DNA from: Epiperipatus broadwayi
Taxonomy: Eukaryota; Animalia; Onychophora
Length of the DNA stretch: 64,000 nucleotides
Assembly (NCBI GenBank): GCA_028023455.1
Contig: JAQFVV010000001.1
Span: 4,588,001-4,652,000, forward strand
Direction of reading: 5' to 3'
The position numbers and the translations under genes were made by a program. This document shows positions 13,233-27,474 of this stretch, piece after piece (position 1 is the stretch's first letter; each line of letters begins with the position of its first letter). The notes beneath the pieces were generated by a model. The model worked only from the letters and a program-made list of their open reading frames with translations, made no database searches and had not been told where the DNA came from.

Positions 13233-14809
13233 TCCTTAGTTTGGTCTGTTGAATAGAAGTATTTTTCTTAGAGATCCATTTTGTGTTCTAATGTCAGATG
13301 ATCTTGTAAACGATATTTCTCACACACCCCTATTATTTATATATTATTGTTACAGTTATATAAAGTTGTATATGTTTTTTTAAATAAATGTAAGGATATT
13401 AAATATTTCACCAACAAAAAACTTATATACAGTATATTGTTGTTGTTTTTTTCTGTCATTGTCCATATTATGCATTAATATATTATTTATAAATAAAAAA
13501 ATAGTGATTTTTTTTTTCTAATGTATGTATTGAATTACACATATACATTCTAAAAATAAAATATTTTGCTTATTTTTAAAACTTATTAAAGATAAAACAG
13601 ATCCCTTTCTTCCAAAAATATCTAATTATGAAGTTTCATATAACAGCAGTTAGTTTGAAGTTATAATGATCGGGAGAGTTGTTATTTCATCTAAGAGTTA
13701 ATATTAAACTTTTATACTTTTTCATTATTTCTCAATAGTAGCAATTTAGATGACATTTAAAAAGCATACATCGAATCTGTACCCACCCAGTTATGTTAAT
13801 AGATTACTTAGTGGCGTATCATTTTTAGATGTTTTTACAATTGTCCTTTTATTTACTTAAGACTCTCTGATTCAGAATTTCTAGTCACCCTGATGATAAT
13901 AGGCACACCTTTCATTCTAGAGATGGAACGCAGTGATACTTGAACAAATATTAATGTTGTTTTTATCGTTGTAACATTAGCTGTTAATCTGATGAACAAG
14001 GGAAAAAAATATTGATAAATGTATATAAAGGAATTTATTTTTAATAAAGGCTTATGATTAAATAATGTATATTAAGATTGTATATAGTGAAATTAGTATT
14101 ACGATTTATAAATATAAAATTTTTATATTTTTTAATCGGAATTTTACTTAATTTTCATGTTTGTGGATATGTGTATGTGGATATATATATATGTTGTATA
14201 ATTCTTATGAGATAGTTACTTATCTCTGGTGATTTATAGTTATTAAAAGAAGAAATATGAATTTATTCATTTGGGATTTGAGCTTTGATTTTCTGTATGA
14301 ACATTAAAATATTCCATCACATTATTATTCATACAGCCTATTCATTAGCAGTCATAATGTTTATATATATAATAGATTGTTAGTTATGAATGGTATATTT
14401 CTTCAACTTAACTGTTTGTTGGTCTTTTTTTGGCATAATTGTTGTTGTAAATGTTGAAATAACAATGTTTCTATTTTATATGCACAGATGAATTGAATCA
14501 AATTTTGTTTATTATCAAACTATTTTCCTATTGAGACAACTATTCATATTCTCCCTCTATATGTATTAATCAATATATGTATGGTTATATATACTTAGAA
14601 AGTCTTTTATTGTTTGCGATCAGAAATTTAACTACTGCTGTATGTAAATTAGAATTGTGTTAATTCTACATTGTTGAGGGTGATTGATTAAGATAGTCAT
14701 AGGCTTTCTAATTATATTTTACCATGCTTATATTGTCTTGTGCCACATCTTAGTTTAAATAGACTTAATATATATATAAACAAATATATATATATTTATA
14801 CTGAAAATA

Positions 14810-17732
14810 TGGCCCTTATTCCCAGGAGGCTGTAAAGTCACCAACCAAGGCAGCGGTTGGTGGCCGAAGGCGGAGGGTGCTAAGAATCCCGATTGTGGAC
14901 CCAGGCTGCCATTTGATGACGACTTTTTATTTAGGTACTTACAACTGCAGATCACTTTCAAGTGAAGGAAGATTGCAAGAATTAGAAGAAGAACTGTTAT
15001 ATTAAATGGGACATTATTGGACTTTGTGAAGTTAGAAGAAAAGGAGAAGAAACAATTGATTTAAAAAGTGGACATATACTCTATTATAAAGGCACACATA
15101 TTGGAAATACAAGTGGAGTAGGATTCATTATAAATAAAAAGTGGAAGAACAATATTGTGGAGATTGATGGTGTATTGGACAGAGTGGCAAGATTAGTTAT
15201 ACAACTTAATAGCAGATACCAAATGCAGATAATTCAGGTTTATGCCCCAACACGTTCTCATAGTGATGAAGTAGTAGAGGATTTTTATATGGATGTACAA
15301 AAGGCTTTTGATCAGAGTAAACAACATTTTAAAATTGTTATGGGAGACTTTAATGCTAGAATTGGTAGACAAATGAAAGATGAAATTGCTGTAGGTAATT
15401 TTGGTTATGGTAATAGAAATGAGAGAGGACATAGACTTGTGGAGTTTGCAGAAAAAGAAAAACTTTATATTATGAATTCATTTTTTGAGAAAATTGTTAA
15501 AAGGAAATGGACATGGAAGCATCCAAATGAAGGTACAGCAGAATTGGATTATATTTTGATTAACAGAAAATACATATTTCAAGATTGTAATGTTCTTAAT
15601 AAATTTAACACAGGAAGTGATCATCGATTAGTAAGGTGTAAGTTACATGTTAATGTAAAACTAGAGAGACAAAAATTATTAAGAAAAACAATATTTACAG
15701 TTGATATTCCTAATCTTCAGAAACATTCTAATGAATTTAAATTAGAACTTACAAATAGGTTTCAAGTGTTAGGAGATTTTGAACATGATTCAGATTTGAA
15801 TGAAATTAATATGAAAATAACTGATACACTTTTAAAAACTGCAACAAACATAGCTGGTAGAAAAAAACAGCAATTGACTAATAAAATTTCTACTGAGACT
15901 AGAGAATTTATAAAGAAAAGAAGGAATGTGAAGATATATAAAAATGATGTATTAAAAAGAATTGAATATCTCGCATTTCGGAAAAGAGTTGAAAATGATA
16001 TAAGAAAGTATAACTGTGAAATAGCAAGGAAAGCTGTAGAAGAAAATAAAAGTCTCAAAAATGTTAAACAACATTTTGGTATTGGTAGGAAATTTATATC
16101 TGCAATAAGAAAAAAGATGGAATTATTACTAAAAAGAGAGATGACATCATGAAATTGGTAGAAGATTTTTATCAAGAATTATATAGTAATAAAGAACAAG
16201 TACCTCCTATATCTATTACATCTTCCGAATTGCCCAGAATTTTAAATGAAGAAGTGAGACATGCAATTAAGTGTATGAAGAAAGGAAAGGCTCCAGGAAA
16301 TGATGGAATTATAATTGATATATTAAAAGAAGCAGGTGAAGAAATAGAAACAATTTTAGCAAAGTTATATACCAAATGTCTAAATGATAAAGATGTACTG
16401 GAAGATTGGAAGAATGCAGTAATAATATTAATATTTAAAAAAGGTGATAAAGAAGATATTAGAAATTACAGACCTATCAGCCTTTTATCAGTTTTATATA
16501 AAAATTTTACCAAGATAATTACAACTCATCTACAGAGAACTTTGGATTTCCACCAACCAAGAGAACAGGCTGGATTTAAAAGTGGTTTTAGTACAATAGA
16601 TCATATCCAGGTATTGAGAGAAATCATAGAAAGGACAAACGAATGAGTTGTCATTATGTTTTGGATTTGTAGATTATGAAAAGGCATTCGATTCTATACA
16701 CATTTCTTCAGTGATTAAAGCATTGGATCATCAAGGTATAGATCCAGGATATTGTCATATTTTAAAGAATATTTATAAAAATGCAACAGCAACAATTAGA
16801 TTACATAATGATACTGGAAAAATCAACATTGAGAAAGGTGTAAGACAAGGTGACTCCATATGTCCAAAACTCTTTACAGCAGTGCTGCAAGAAGTATTTT
16901 GTGGATTAAAATGGGAAACTAAAGGAGTGAAAGTAAATGGACAGTATTTAAGTCATTTAGATTTCGCAGATGATGTAATTGTTTTTGCAAATAATGCTTC
17001 AGAGCTGCAGGAAATGTTGCAGGAGTTAGCAGATGAAAGTAGAAAAGTAGGACTAAAGATAAATGTTAAAAAGACTAAAGTAATGTTTAATCGATTTGCT
17101 CAAAATATGAAGATAAAGATTGATTATGAAGAATTAGAAGTTAACAGTTACAAATACCTTGGTCAGATTATTAATACAGATGGAAACATAATGGAGGAAA
17201 TTAATCATAGAATTAAACTTGGTTGGAGTGCTTTTGGTAGAAATAACTTGATACTAAAAGGAAATATGCCTATGTGTTTGAAAAGGATGGTTTTTAACAA
17301 ATGTGTTTTACCAGTTCTTACTTATGGATCTGAGACTTGGACACTTAATAGAAGAGCAATACAGAGACTTCAGACCACTCAAAAGAGTATGGAGAGATGT
17401 ATGTTGGGAGTAACAAGAAGAGATCGAAAACGCAATGTATGGGTAAGACAACAAACAGGTGTTACTGACCTTATTGAAAAAATTAAAAGATTGAAATGGA
17501 GTTGGGCTGGACATATTGCTAGAAGAGATGATAATAGATGGACAATTGAAATTTTAAACTGGATTCCAAGAGATTGTAAAAGACCCAGAAAGAGACCACA
17601 TGTGAGATGGATGGATGAAATAAGAAAATGTGCAAGGGTGTTGTGGAGAAGAGAAGCTAAAGATCGGAGAAGATGGATTAAACTTGGAGAGACCTTCATC
17701 CTGCAGTGGATTGATAATAGTTGATGATGATG
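14810..17732 (+). mobile_element. RTE-clade LINE, near full length (~2.9 kb), inactivated by frameshifts
   Basis: 12-bp TSD ATACTGAAAATA (14798-14809, 17733-17744); (TGA)n tail; APE endonuclease (GDFNA, SDH) and RT (KGVRQGD, FADD) in ORFs 15157-16152, 16149-16646 and 16648-17724. Confidence 0.95.
14916..17724 (+). pseudogene. RTE endonuclease-reverse transcriptase ORF with at least three frameshifts
   Basis: ATG at 14916 opens MTTFYLGTYNCRSL. Frame breaks near 15000, 16150 and 16647. The stop TGA at 17722-24 is the first unit of the tail. Confidence 0.85.
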
Positions 17733-18999
17733 ATACTGAAAATACCTTAGTAATAGAATTTAAAGTCTAAAAATAGTTTGACATTATTTTATGATAAATT
17801 TTATTCACCGTTTTGATTATTATTATTAAATGGTGATTACATATTTTTGTAATAATTTTATTTTTATATTCATATCCTCCCCCCTCTCCCCAGTGTCAAT
17901 CCCTACTTTATTCCAAACACTTTTCATAATTTTTTTCCCCATCATTATAATAGTTACTCTGTAAAATTATATAGTAATTTCTTTTATCTTATTTCATTTA
18001 CATGTAGTTTTCTTCAATTTATTTTTTACAATGTTTTTATCTCTAAAAAGAAAATTTCTACTATATTTATAATGACACTTTTTTACAAATTAATTTAAAG
18101 TAAATCAAAGATGCCATTATTTAGGATATTTTGTTTGTTTGACGAGAGTGGTTTTATTAGTAGCAAATGGGCTATTTTATCATTTAAAATCTCATCCTTT
18201 ATCATTACAATTATCTATTCCAAAAAATATTTAAAAAAATGATTGTACTGAAAAGAAACCCATTGAGATCAAATGATTTCTTTCATCAGGTAATCTAACA
18301 GTTTAATGAATTACAAGATTATTCCTTGTTTTGAGAAAATTTGTTTTTAGGTTTATCTAGCTCTATTTGTCCTAGCCAGATTGAAATACCATAAAGAAGT
18401 TAAAAAATATTATATTGACATTTTTTAAAGGCTTAGTAGTTTTAGTTAGTTACTTTCATTTAATAATATATATATATTCTTTATTTCTTTTTTTATTCAC
18501 ATATTGCTTATTAGAAAAGTGCAAATTCAAATAAAATACTGAAAAAGCACTATAACATACATTTATATGTTATCTTTTATTGTAAAATGAAAATCAAACA
18601 ATCTATTAAAGATTTTTCAAAAAATTTGTTCACATTAGACGTGTAAAAATTACCAAAAATCAATACAGTCTCTTAGAAAATAATTGTATAATAATTAGTG
18701 ACTATAACGAAATAGGAATAGCTAATGCTAGGAATAGCTAATGCGTGTTGGTTTAGAAAATTTGAGTTACTACGGTTATATATATATTAACCTATTGATT
18801 ATTTATACTGAAATCTTTACTAAGCTTCACTTTCTTCTAATAAACTTGATTGAGAGAGGAGAGGGTCTATATCTCTTTTTATCTTTAGTATTTTATTGTT
18901 TGTCTTTCAGTCTTCTCTTTTGTTTATGTTTTTTTTTTTAGTGATTTATTGCTAATACCTTTTTGCAGCAACAACAATTTACAAAGTTGAAAACATTTA

Positions 19000-20500
19000 A
19001 TTATAGTTGCATCATCAGTTAAACATCATAGAAGAAATTACTATTGCTGTACACCATATTGAGAATCATGAATTGTAGAACAAACTAGAACAGCAATGTG
19101 GACTTGAAGATGGATCCCTCAAATTTGAAGTCATTCTGTATATTTCAGGAAAAAAGTCAAAGCTATTTCCCATTTCATGAACTGAGATGATGCATCTAAA
19201 TTAAAGCTTTTGATTATCTAGTTTTTGAATGAGCACATGTGAGAATGAAAATCTGAAATGAATCCAAAAAAAAACTTAAGCAACCCTTGCACAGTGACAT
19301 CTTGTGAGCCAATATAATAAGAAGGAATTGGACTAGTATATGTTAAATCTTGAGATAATAAGGAATTATTCAGATAAAAGACAAAATAAAGAAATTGGGT
19401 TCTAATGAGAAAATAAGATATTGAAAAATGTTATAATCAGATAGAGAAAGAACTTTACAAACTTACAGATAGGCTATATATTTTCAGTGTTTAGTGGCTA
19501 TAATGCCTAAATTGGAAATTGGAAAAAAAATATTAGTCAGTATGAACTTGAAAGTAAAAGAAATACAAACACTTATATGAATTCAACAAAAAATCTTGCC
19601 ATTATTTTTTTAGAGCCAATGTACTGATTGATTACTGATGTAGAAATTATTGGATGAATTTCTAGGTATCAGATTGATTACATTCTTGGCATTGTATAAT
19701 GGAAGATTTGTTTTAGTTTTAATCCCAAAAATTTTTCTGGGAGTAGTTTGTGGAATATATTATGCATTAATGATGCAAACTTCAAATGAAGCTAAAAAAG
19801 TACTACAAGTTTGTTTATTGTCCTCTGTATGATTTTGAACATATAGTTATTGCTTTAATATCAAATTGTTTTCATGTTTTGAACATAATTGATAATGAAT
19901 CAAATAAACTTCTGATGGAAATGAAAGAGAATAATTAAAGAGAAATCTAAAGAAAATTGCAAAAACCAGATATAATCAAAATGTATGTCAGAAGATATAG
20001 TAATAAGTGCAAAGAAATGAAGAGAAGCCACAATTAAAAAAAGATGAATATCTTTTAAGAAACTGAATAAAAAATCCAAAGAATATCTGGGAAATGCCAA
20101 AAATATTATATCAATATTTGCAGTAGTGAGAATGGAAATAAGTTTGGAAAAAAAAGCAGAGGCTAATTTTTAGAAGATTTTATCATATCAGAATAAAGTT
20201 TCAGCCTTTCTTGAAAAATTCAATAGATAGATTATAAGTAAACTATCAAAGACCATAGATAGAAAGAATATACAGAAAGGTTGTACCATGAAAACATCAA
20301 ACAAGACAGTTGAAACCTTCAGTAATGAAAAATGTCATATTAGCTTTGAGATCAATTGAAGTTGATGGATTATATTGGAAATTCTTCTGTTTCTTAGAAA
20401 ATTTTTATACTGAAGAGTTATTAATCCTTTTGTAGAGAAATGAATTCTGACATAATATAAAACTATTGTACCATACCACTTACACCACATGTAAGTAAGA
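19000..20500 (+). mobile_element. Possible very old LINE endonuclease-region remnant
   Basis: Purine-rich decayed-coding texture and a weak CIMEDLF..FWE segment near 19690 reminiscent of IIMGDFN..WG. Not convincing alone. Confidence 0.2.
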
Positions 20501-23274
20501 TTATTCTAAAAATCATATAGCCCAGATTACCAAGGTAACATTTATTAATTTGTGCAATTTTTTTTGGGAGATTTCTGATTCTTATAATAATAATTTTGCT
20601 AGTAAAAACCTTTCATCTTGATGTCAGTCAGATTTTGATATTATATATATCTAATTCCTATTACAAATGATTAGTTATTGTTTTTTTGTTTCTATTATTT
20701 AATTATTATATATAAATTAATATTACACAAATCTGCAATTGATAACCATTTATATTTTAAGATTCTTAACTAAATGATAATAAGCACATTAAAAATAATT
20801 TTGAAGAAATAAGAATTTTAATTTCAGTAATCTCATTTCCCATAGAGTCTATTAATCAAATAAAATATTATTTTCCTTTCACAATAAATTTATCTATTTT
20901 TTTACTCCCTTTTATCAAGTCATGTGCCAGACTGATTTTTTTTCTCCTTTGTATACCTCATTTTAATAAAAACTACTTTATTAGTTTCAGCATTATATTA
21001 TCATTTCCCCTCTTCTTGTTATAAAGACCCAATCATTAAACCTAATTGTCGTCTGTTTATAATTTCCATATAATTTATCTTTCAACATTCTACCTATACT
21101 CTAAAAAGAAAATGTTTAATACTTTTCCTTTTATCTCCACACTAGTTACATGTATAATTGATATCCTTTTTCTATTTTTGTTGCTTTTCCTGGTATCGAA
21201 AGCTCCCGATCTTGCTCCACATAATAAGCTTTGCTTTTAGTGCTATCATGCATTCTTTTATGTTTTATGTATTTTTTATTCATATATAATTCTAAACTAA
21301 TTTTTTTACTTTCTATAATTCATATTTCTTTTTTGCTATCTCTTCCTCATAACTATATACTTATATTATCCTATTTTTTTATATAAATACATGGAAATAA
21401 AGTATTAAATTTGTAAATTATACAAATCTTTTTAGCCAAACTTAAATATTATTTTTGCTAATCTGTTTTTATTCATAAATTATAGTCTTCCAAACATTTT
21501 AAGTTTTCTTTTAATTTTCCTTTCTAAAAATATTTGTCTCATTTACCATCTATTTATTCCCACTCAATACATATTTATTTAGTTAAGGCTTTACTTCATT
21601 AGCGTTTGAAAGTGAATTTTTTATTGTTAATTCTAGGTAAAAATTTGAGACTCCTGATCCTCATTTCACATGCTTTCAATCTATTCCAGATTATTCAACT
21701 TATATTATATGAGAAATGTAAATTTTTAATCAATTCTAATTTTAATTTTTTTTTTTTGCTTTTTATTTCAACTCTAATTTCTAACTGTTAACATAAGTTT
21801 AAATGTTTATTTATTTTTTACATATTTTTTTTTTATTATTATTCAATTCTGTTCATTTTCTGCTCTTTTGCCTTAACTCAAATTTCCATTTGTCTATACA
21901 AACTTAAATACCTATACGTTTCACTTTAAGATAAATATTTTCCATCCTTTAATTTTAGTCTTTTCATTTAAATTTTAATACCTGAGATTTTTTTTTTTTG
22001 TTACTAAATTTAATTTTTATATTTCAGCACACTGCTTGAAAAAAAGTCATACCATTTGCAAAAAGGGGAAACTCTCATATTATATTATATTCTCATTTCT
22101 CACAACAGAATTCCCAATCTCTGTCTGCATTCTTTCTACCTTAATCTTCAATTTTTTTAAAGAAACAATATAAATAATAAACATAACAATAGATATCCCA
22201 TTTTGATCTAATTTCACATTTGCTATTTATAAAAAACATCAAAAACTCTCAATTGTTCTTGATAAATTCTAATACATTCCCATATTGTCAAGATTTTTTA
22301 TAATCTTATCTGGCATATATAACATTTTTTTATGTTAAAATATATATATATTATTTTTTTCCACAATACATTTCAGTCAATTGAGTGTCAATGAATATCT
22401 AGAATCTTATTATCATCTATAATTTTATTAAAGCTTTCTCTTAATACCACCATTTGCATATCTTCAATACCTATTATTATTTCAGTTTGCCATATCAAGA
22501 TCTTTTGCCCCTTTTAAATCTCTACTTTTATATTCACTTGTGCATCTGTCACTTTATCATTCTTTTTATGAATTTATCTTTTATTAAGTCATATTCCCTT
22601 AACAATTCCAACACTAAATTTTCAATACAAAACTCATCTAGAATTATGTAAGTTTTTTTTTTTTCATATTCATTCTGTACTTAACAATATAATGTCATTT
22701 TCTTTCTTATTTCTCTTTTCAATATATCTCCATTTTTTTTCCCCTCTATACCTTCTTACATTGCTAATTTTTTCAGTCACTTTCTAAATTCCCTCATTGC
22801 CATTTTAATTACTAGCTTTTTTTATTTCATCTTTTATTGTTATTCTTATTAATCATAAATAAATATTTATTTATAACTTCAGCATATCAGTCCATTATTA
22901 TTAACTTTATCATATTTTATAATTTTTTACAAGATATTGCTAAACTTTTTAAACTTATTCTTTATATTCTGCCATCCATTCATATCAAATCTTATACAAA
23001 CTTTATACCTTATGTCCTAATTTTATAATTACTGCTAAACTCTATTTCTTTTCATCAGCATTTTACTTTAATTTCTGTCTTTGACTATATAAAATCTCCA
23101 TTTACTTAGATTTATGATTTTCATTTTAACTCTCTCAAATATTCATTTTAATAATGTTTTATTTGTGTTTCATACTCTATCTATTTCATTAATATGATCA
23201 TTCATCATCTACAATCAATATTTTACTATTCTTTCTGAAGTTATTTTTATTAATATGTAAACATTCTCACATGT

Positions 23275-24142
23275 GAGAGGGACCCAAAAATTATTGTAAT
23301 TGTCTCTGGTTTACGTGTCTGTTGCGGTATATACTTCTACATACATCTTGTAGTAAGCCTTCTGTGTCAATCTGCCAAGTGACATCACTGTGTGAAATTG
23401 TGGGACTACGTAATACTTTGTTTTGTAAAGTGCATTTTGCATTTTTGTCAATTTTTTTATAATGGGCTGAAAAGTTTGACAATGTGAAATTTTGTTTTCA
23501 TTTACGGAAAACAACAAGGAAAAAAAATTGTAATGCTTGAAACAGATTACAAGAAACTGATCTCATAAAAACACAAGTTTATGAGTGTTTAATTGAAATG
23601 TTAAATTTACTATGTCCCTAAAAAGTGTTGCAAGTGAAGTCCAAAGTCAAAACAATGCTGATTTATTTATTTTTTATTCAAATGGTATTTTTCTCTCAAA
23701 TTTAGTTTGTAATGATCGGGCATTTTATCTGAAAATTCTGAAACATTTACGTGATGCGGTAACATGTGAACAACTTGTTTTGTGTCAAAGAAAAAGTGCA
23801 AACTCTATCCCACAAAATGTCATCTGTCAAAGCCTTGAGAGTGAAACACTTTAATTAAATTCAGCATGATCCAGTTTATTTATCAGCTGTATTTACTTGA
23901 TCTCGCTTCATGTGATTTTTTTTTTAATTTCTCGAAAAAAAAATATTATTTTTTGTGGACTTAGAAGTGGTGGGGAAAAAATGACAGAGCCGTTAAAACA
24001 CATCACTTTGCAAGTATTTCTGGACTACTTTGAAAAATGAAAAACATGTTTAGACCAGTATATTGCATCAAATGGATAGTATAACACTTAAAAATAAATA
24101 AATTTTTATTATAAAATTCCAGTTATTTTTGGATATCCCATA
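23275..24142 (+). mobile_element. Degraded, internally deleted mariner-like element
   Basis: Degenerate TIRs (GAGGGACCCAAAAATTATTGTAAT / ATTCCAGTTATTTTTGGATATCCC). Broken frames resemble the mariner N-terminus (KFCF..GK...ML), FYLKILKHLRDAV and the C-terminal ..IASNG.Y. Confidence 0.65.
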
Positions 24143-26964
24143 CATTATATTCACATCTCCATTTCCAATAGCTAAATATACTACCCCTCAAATCTATTTT
24201 TTTCTATTCTATTTTAATTTAACCTGTATATATTGTTTTACTTTTTTTTTTAAAAAAAATTATTCTTCATAATAATGCCCTTTATACTTCTTTGTTTTTT
24301 TTATTACCATTTCATATATTTATTCTCTTTCATTCACAGTTCTGAAGATAACAGAGTTTTTCATGTCTTAAATGTATCTGTACTATTGCTAACAAATCTA
24401 AGCATATTCATATGAAAATCTCCACCTCTCTTCACTTTTTCTTAAACTTTGGTATATTTATGAAATCAGTGTTTAAATTAATATCTGTGACTCTTCTTTA
24501 AAATTTTTTTTTTTTTTTTTTGGAAACTATTTGCAAGCAGCATCTGCAAAAAAAACTTTACTCCTACATCATCCATCATTCTGTCTTTAGTCACATTTTT
24601 CTTTGCTTTATCTTTTCTAAATGTAAACACATTCTTCCTTTTCATTGCCATCTTGAGCATTACACTTCAACATTTATATATAATCCATTCATTTCTTTGA
24701 TGAATTAAAAAATATATTATAAATTGATTTCCTAATATTTTATCTGTCTAATAAAATTATTAACATACTGCATTTAAATAAATTTTTGTTTCTGATAAAC
24801 ACATATCTAAAAAGTTATCATCACTGTTTTCAACTGTGATATTTTAGTTCACAAAACTTGTTTAAATTCATTCCATTATCAAAATTTGCTAATTATCTGC
24901 TAATTCATTTTCTTTAAATGGATAATCATATGCAAAGCCATTGTTTCTTCAATAGATCTATAAGATAATCAATGTCTATTAAGTGGTAAAGCTATTATTT
25001 CCATTTTCATCTGGTGTTTATTGATTACTCAAACTTCCAATAAATAATTCTGAAGTGAAGAGAGATGCTTTTGAAAATATAAGTTAATGTAAGCAATTAA
25101 CAGTAATGTTTTATTAGTGTATAATATTTTTTTTTTCATTTACAATTAATTTCATCTTTCTTGGTTATAACATACATTATTTAATAATATGCAATATTTT
25201 CCTTTTGTATTTTATACATATTTTTAGATTCTCAGTTTATTTGATCAAAGGAAATTGAAATCAAATAAAAAATGTGCCTAATTTAATTGATTACATCCAG
25301 TTATAGAATATGTTTCAGTAGACTTGTTGCAAAATTTAAAGAAGCATTACCTGTATATAAGTTGTGATTTCTCTTAAGGTTTCCCTTTTTAATTTTTATA
25401 TTACTGAACTTATTATTAACCTTGAATGTGTATATATATCTAAATAAAAGTAATTTATTATTATTAGAGGTTCTATAAAAGTTGACATATATAGTAGTTT
25501 GTTCACCCAATTTTAAAACAAAGGTTTGAAATAAAATATTAAAAATTTTAATTTAGTAATTGAATATACAAAAGAATTGTATTCAATTTTTATCAGATTA
25601 GCACTTGAATCTATAGTAAATCATATTATACTTGATTTATAATTTTTTCCCTCATCTCTGTTAATCGTGTTCAGCTAAATATATATTTATTTATAAATTT
25701 GAAGATTATTGCATGTCTACATTTGTTAACAGAAATAAATATATTTGTAAAATATAACGGTAAAAGTTCCTTTTATATAAGATAGGCAAAACAATCTTTA
25801 AATACTCTACCGAAGGAAAAGCTATTATTCACAGGCTTGTCACTTTCTGGGTGAAAAAAGTTTGAATCATTTTACTATCAAGGAATAGCTAGATATCTAT
25901 AATATTAATCAGTATTAAGTTAATGGTTGAATTGACTATAGACCTGTTACCTGAATAAAGTCTATACCTGATTGGAAGTATAATAATTGTATAATCATAT
26001 TTAAATTAGTTTAATTAGCATGAAATTAAGACAAATTATAATTTGTATATGAATCTGTTCCCTATATGTCAATCTATAACAATACTATTCTTTATTATAA
26101 AACAATTCACATTTTTTCTCTGATATTTTTTGCATGCAAAATATTTGTAAATATTAATAGCAGTCATGATATTAATCAGTTTTTATATACGTGTAATACA
26201 TCATTTTTATTATTTTAAAATACAAGCTGACAATTTCATCTGTTGCGTGCAGTCTTCCTCAAAGCTATGAATGCATCAATATTTAAAGAATCACATTATT
26301 ATGTATATATTGTGTATTAAAAATTTTATATGCATGTCAGTTATATGTGTAAAAAAATTTTATAGTTAGTTCAACTACAGTTTTATATATATTTTATTTC
26401 TAAATTTAGTCTATCAATAATTTGTTACTATATATTCTATACAATTTACTGCATTTTTTATTAAATTATTATGATAAATATAATTTTAGACATAATTTTG
26501 AAATATAATTATAGTTAAAGTAATTCCAAATAAATAATATATGTAATTGATCTGTTTTAATTAAAAATATATGCCTTACATCTGTAGCAAATTTTGATAT
26601 GTGTGTGTGTGGGTGTGTATAATAATATTACTTTATAGGTTTATGTATATGCAGCATTGAGAAATTGGTAAATAATCAAAAATATTAAGCTTGCATATGA
26701 AAAGAGATTATTGTTATTGGTTTATTGTGTTATTCTTTACTGTTGATGAAATTTTCATTGGCTATGGATTGGATGTTAGTCATTTATTTCTCCACAGCAT
26801 TAAGATATAAAGTTATTGAATGTAATTGGTTTATTAATATATGTTTTATTGGGGCAGGTAATTAATCAGACTCATTTTAGAATATTTTTATACAAATCTT
26901 TATTTAATTAATCATTTCTCTTTTTAAATTTAATTTCAGACATTTCTTCTTTTTTTTCCCCTAG

Positions 26965-27474
26965 GTATTTAAGATGAACATAAGCAAGCAATTGCATACA
27001 TATGAAGTCGAGTATCACCTGTTTCAAGAAGAAATGTTCAATTCATCTCAGCAAAGCAACTGTGAAACTATTCAGAATTTGAAAAAAGAAAATAAGGAAT
27101 TAATGGAGCAATTACAAATTGCTCAAAGCAATTATGATAGCCTGGAAGCTGCTTTCACAAATTCACAGACATCGATAAGCACTTTAGAGTCACGTATTAG
27201 GACTCTTGAATTAGAGCGAACTTCCTTACTAACTACTCTCGATAAATATCGTAAGCATTTACCAGCTATAGATGTAGATTTTCTGGATTTGGATCTCAGT
27301 TCCAGTGGATGTTATTCAGTTAGCTCATCTATGAGTACTGTTCATCCTGGATCTACTATTTTAGAAGAAATTGATCAGGAAATTTCAAGCTTAGGTCATA
27401 CTAACTCTTCAGCTAAGTTGCGGTATTGTAGTGGAGATAGTTTTCAGAGTTACAGTTCAGTTGCCGAGCAGTAA
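26965..27474 (+). CDS. TBC1D1/TBC1D4: Terminal coding exon of a TBC1D1/TBC1D4 (AS160; Drosophila pollux)-family Rab GTPase-activating protein
   Basis: Polypyrimidine tract plus CTAG acceptor ending at 26964, phase 0. Translation VFKMNISKQLHTYEVEYHLFQEE...ELMEQLQIA...IRTLELERTSLL matches the recalled TBC1D1/4 C-terminus (VFEMDIxKQLxAYEVEYHVLQEE...LLEQLQVA...TLELERSALL). TAA stop at 27472-74. The ATG at 26974 is an internal Met. Confidence 0.9.
   Translation, partial: VFKMNISKQLHTYEVEYHLFQEEMFNSSQQSNCETIQNLKKENKELMEQLQIAQSNYDSLEAAFTNSQTSISTLESRIRTLELERTSLLTTLDKYRKHLPAIDVDFLDLDLSSSGCYSVSSSMSTVHPGSTILEEIDQEISSLGHTNSSAKLRYCSGDSFQSYSSVAEQ

Noticed and set aside
13890-13945. C/D-box snoRNA starting at TGATGA
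   Set aside because: No properly placed CTGA D box or terminal stem.
26974-27474. Treating the 166-aa ORF as a standalone small gene
   Set aside because: It has a strong splice acceptor 9 nt upstream and matches the C-terminus of a much larger Rab-GAP; the Met is internal.
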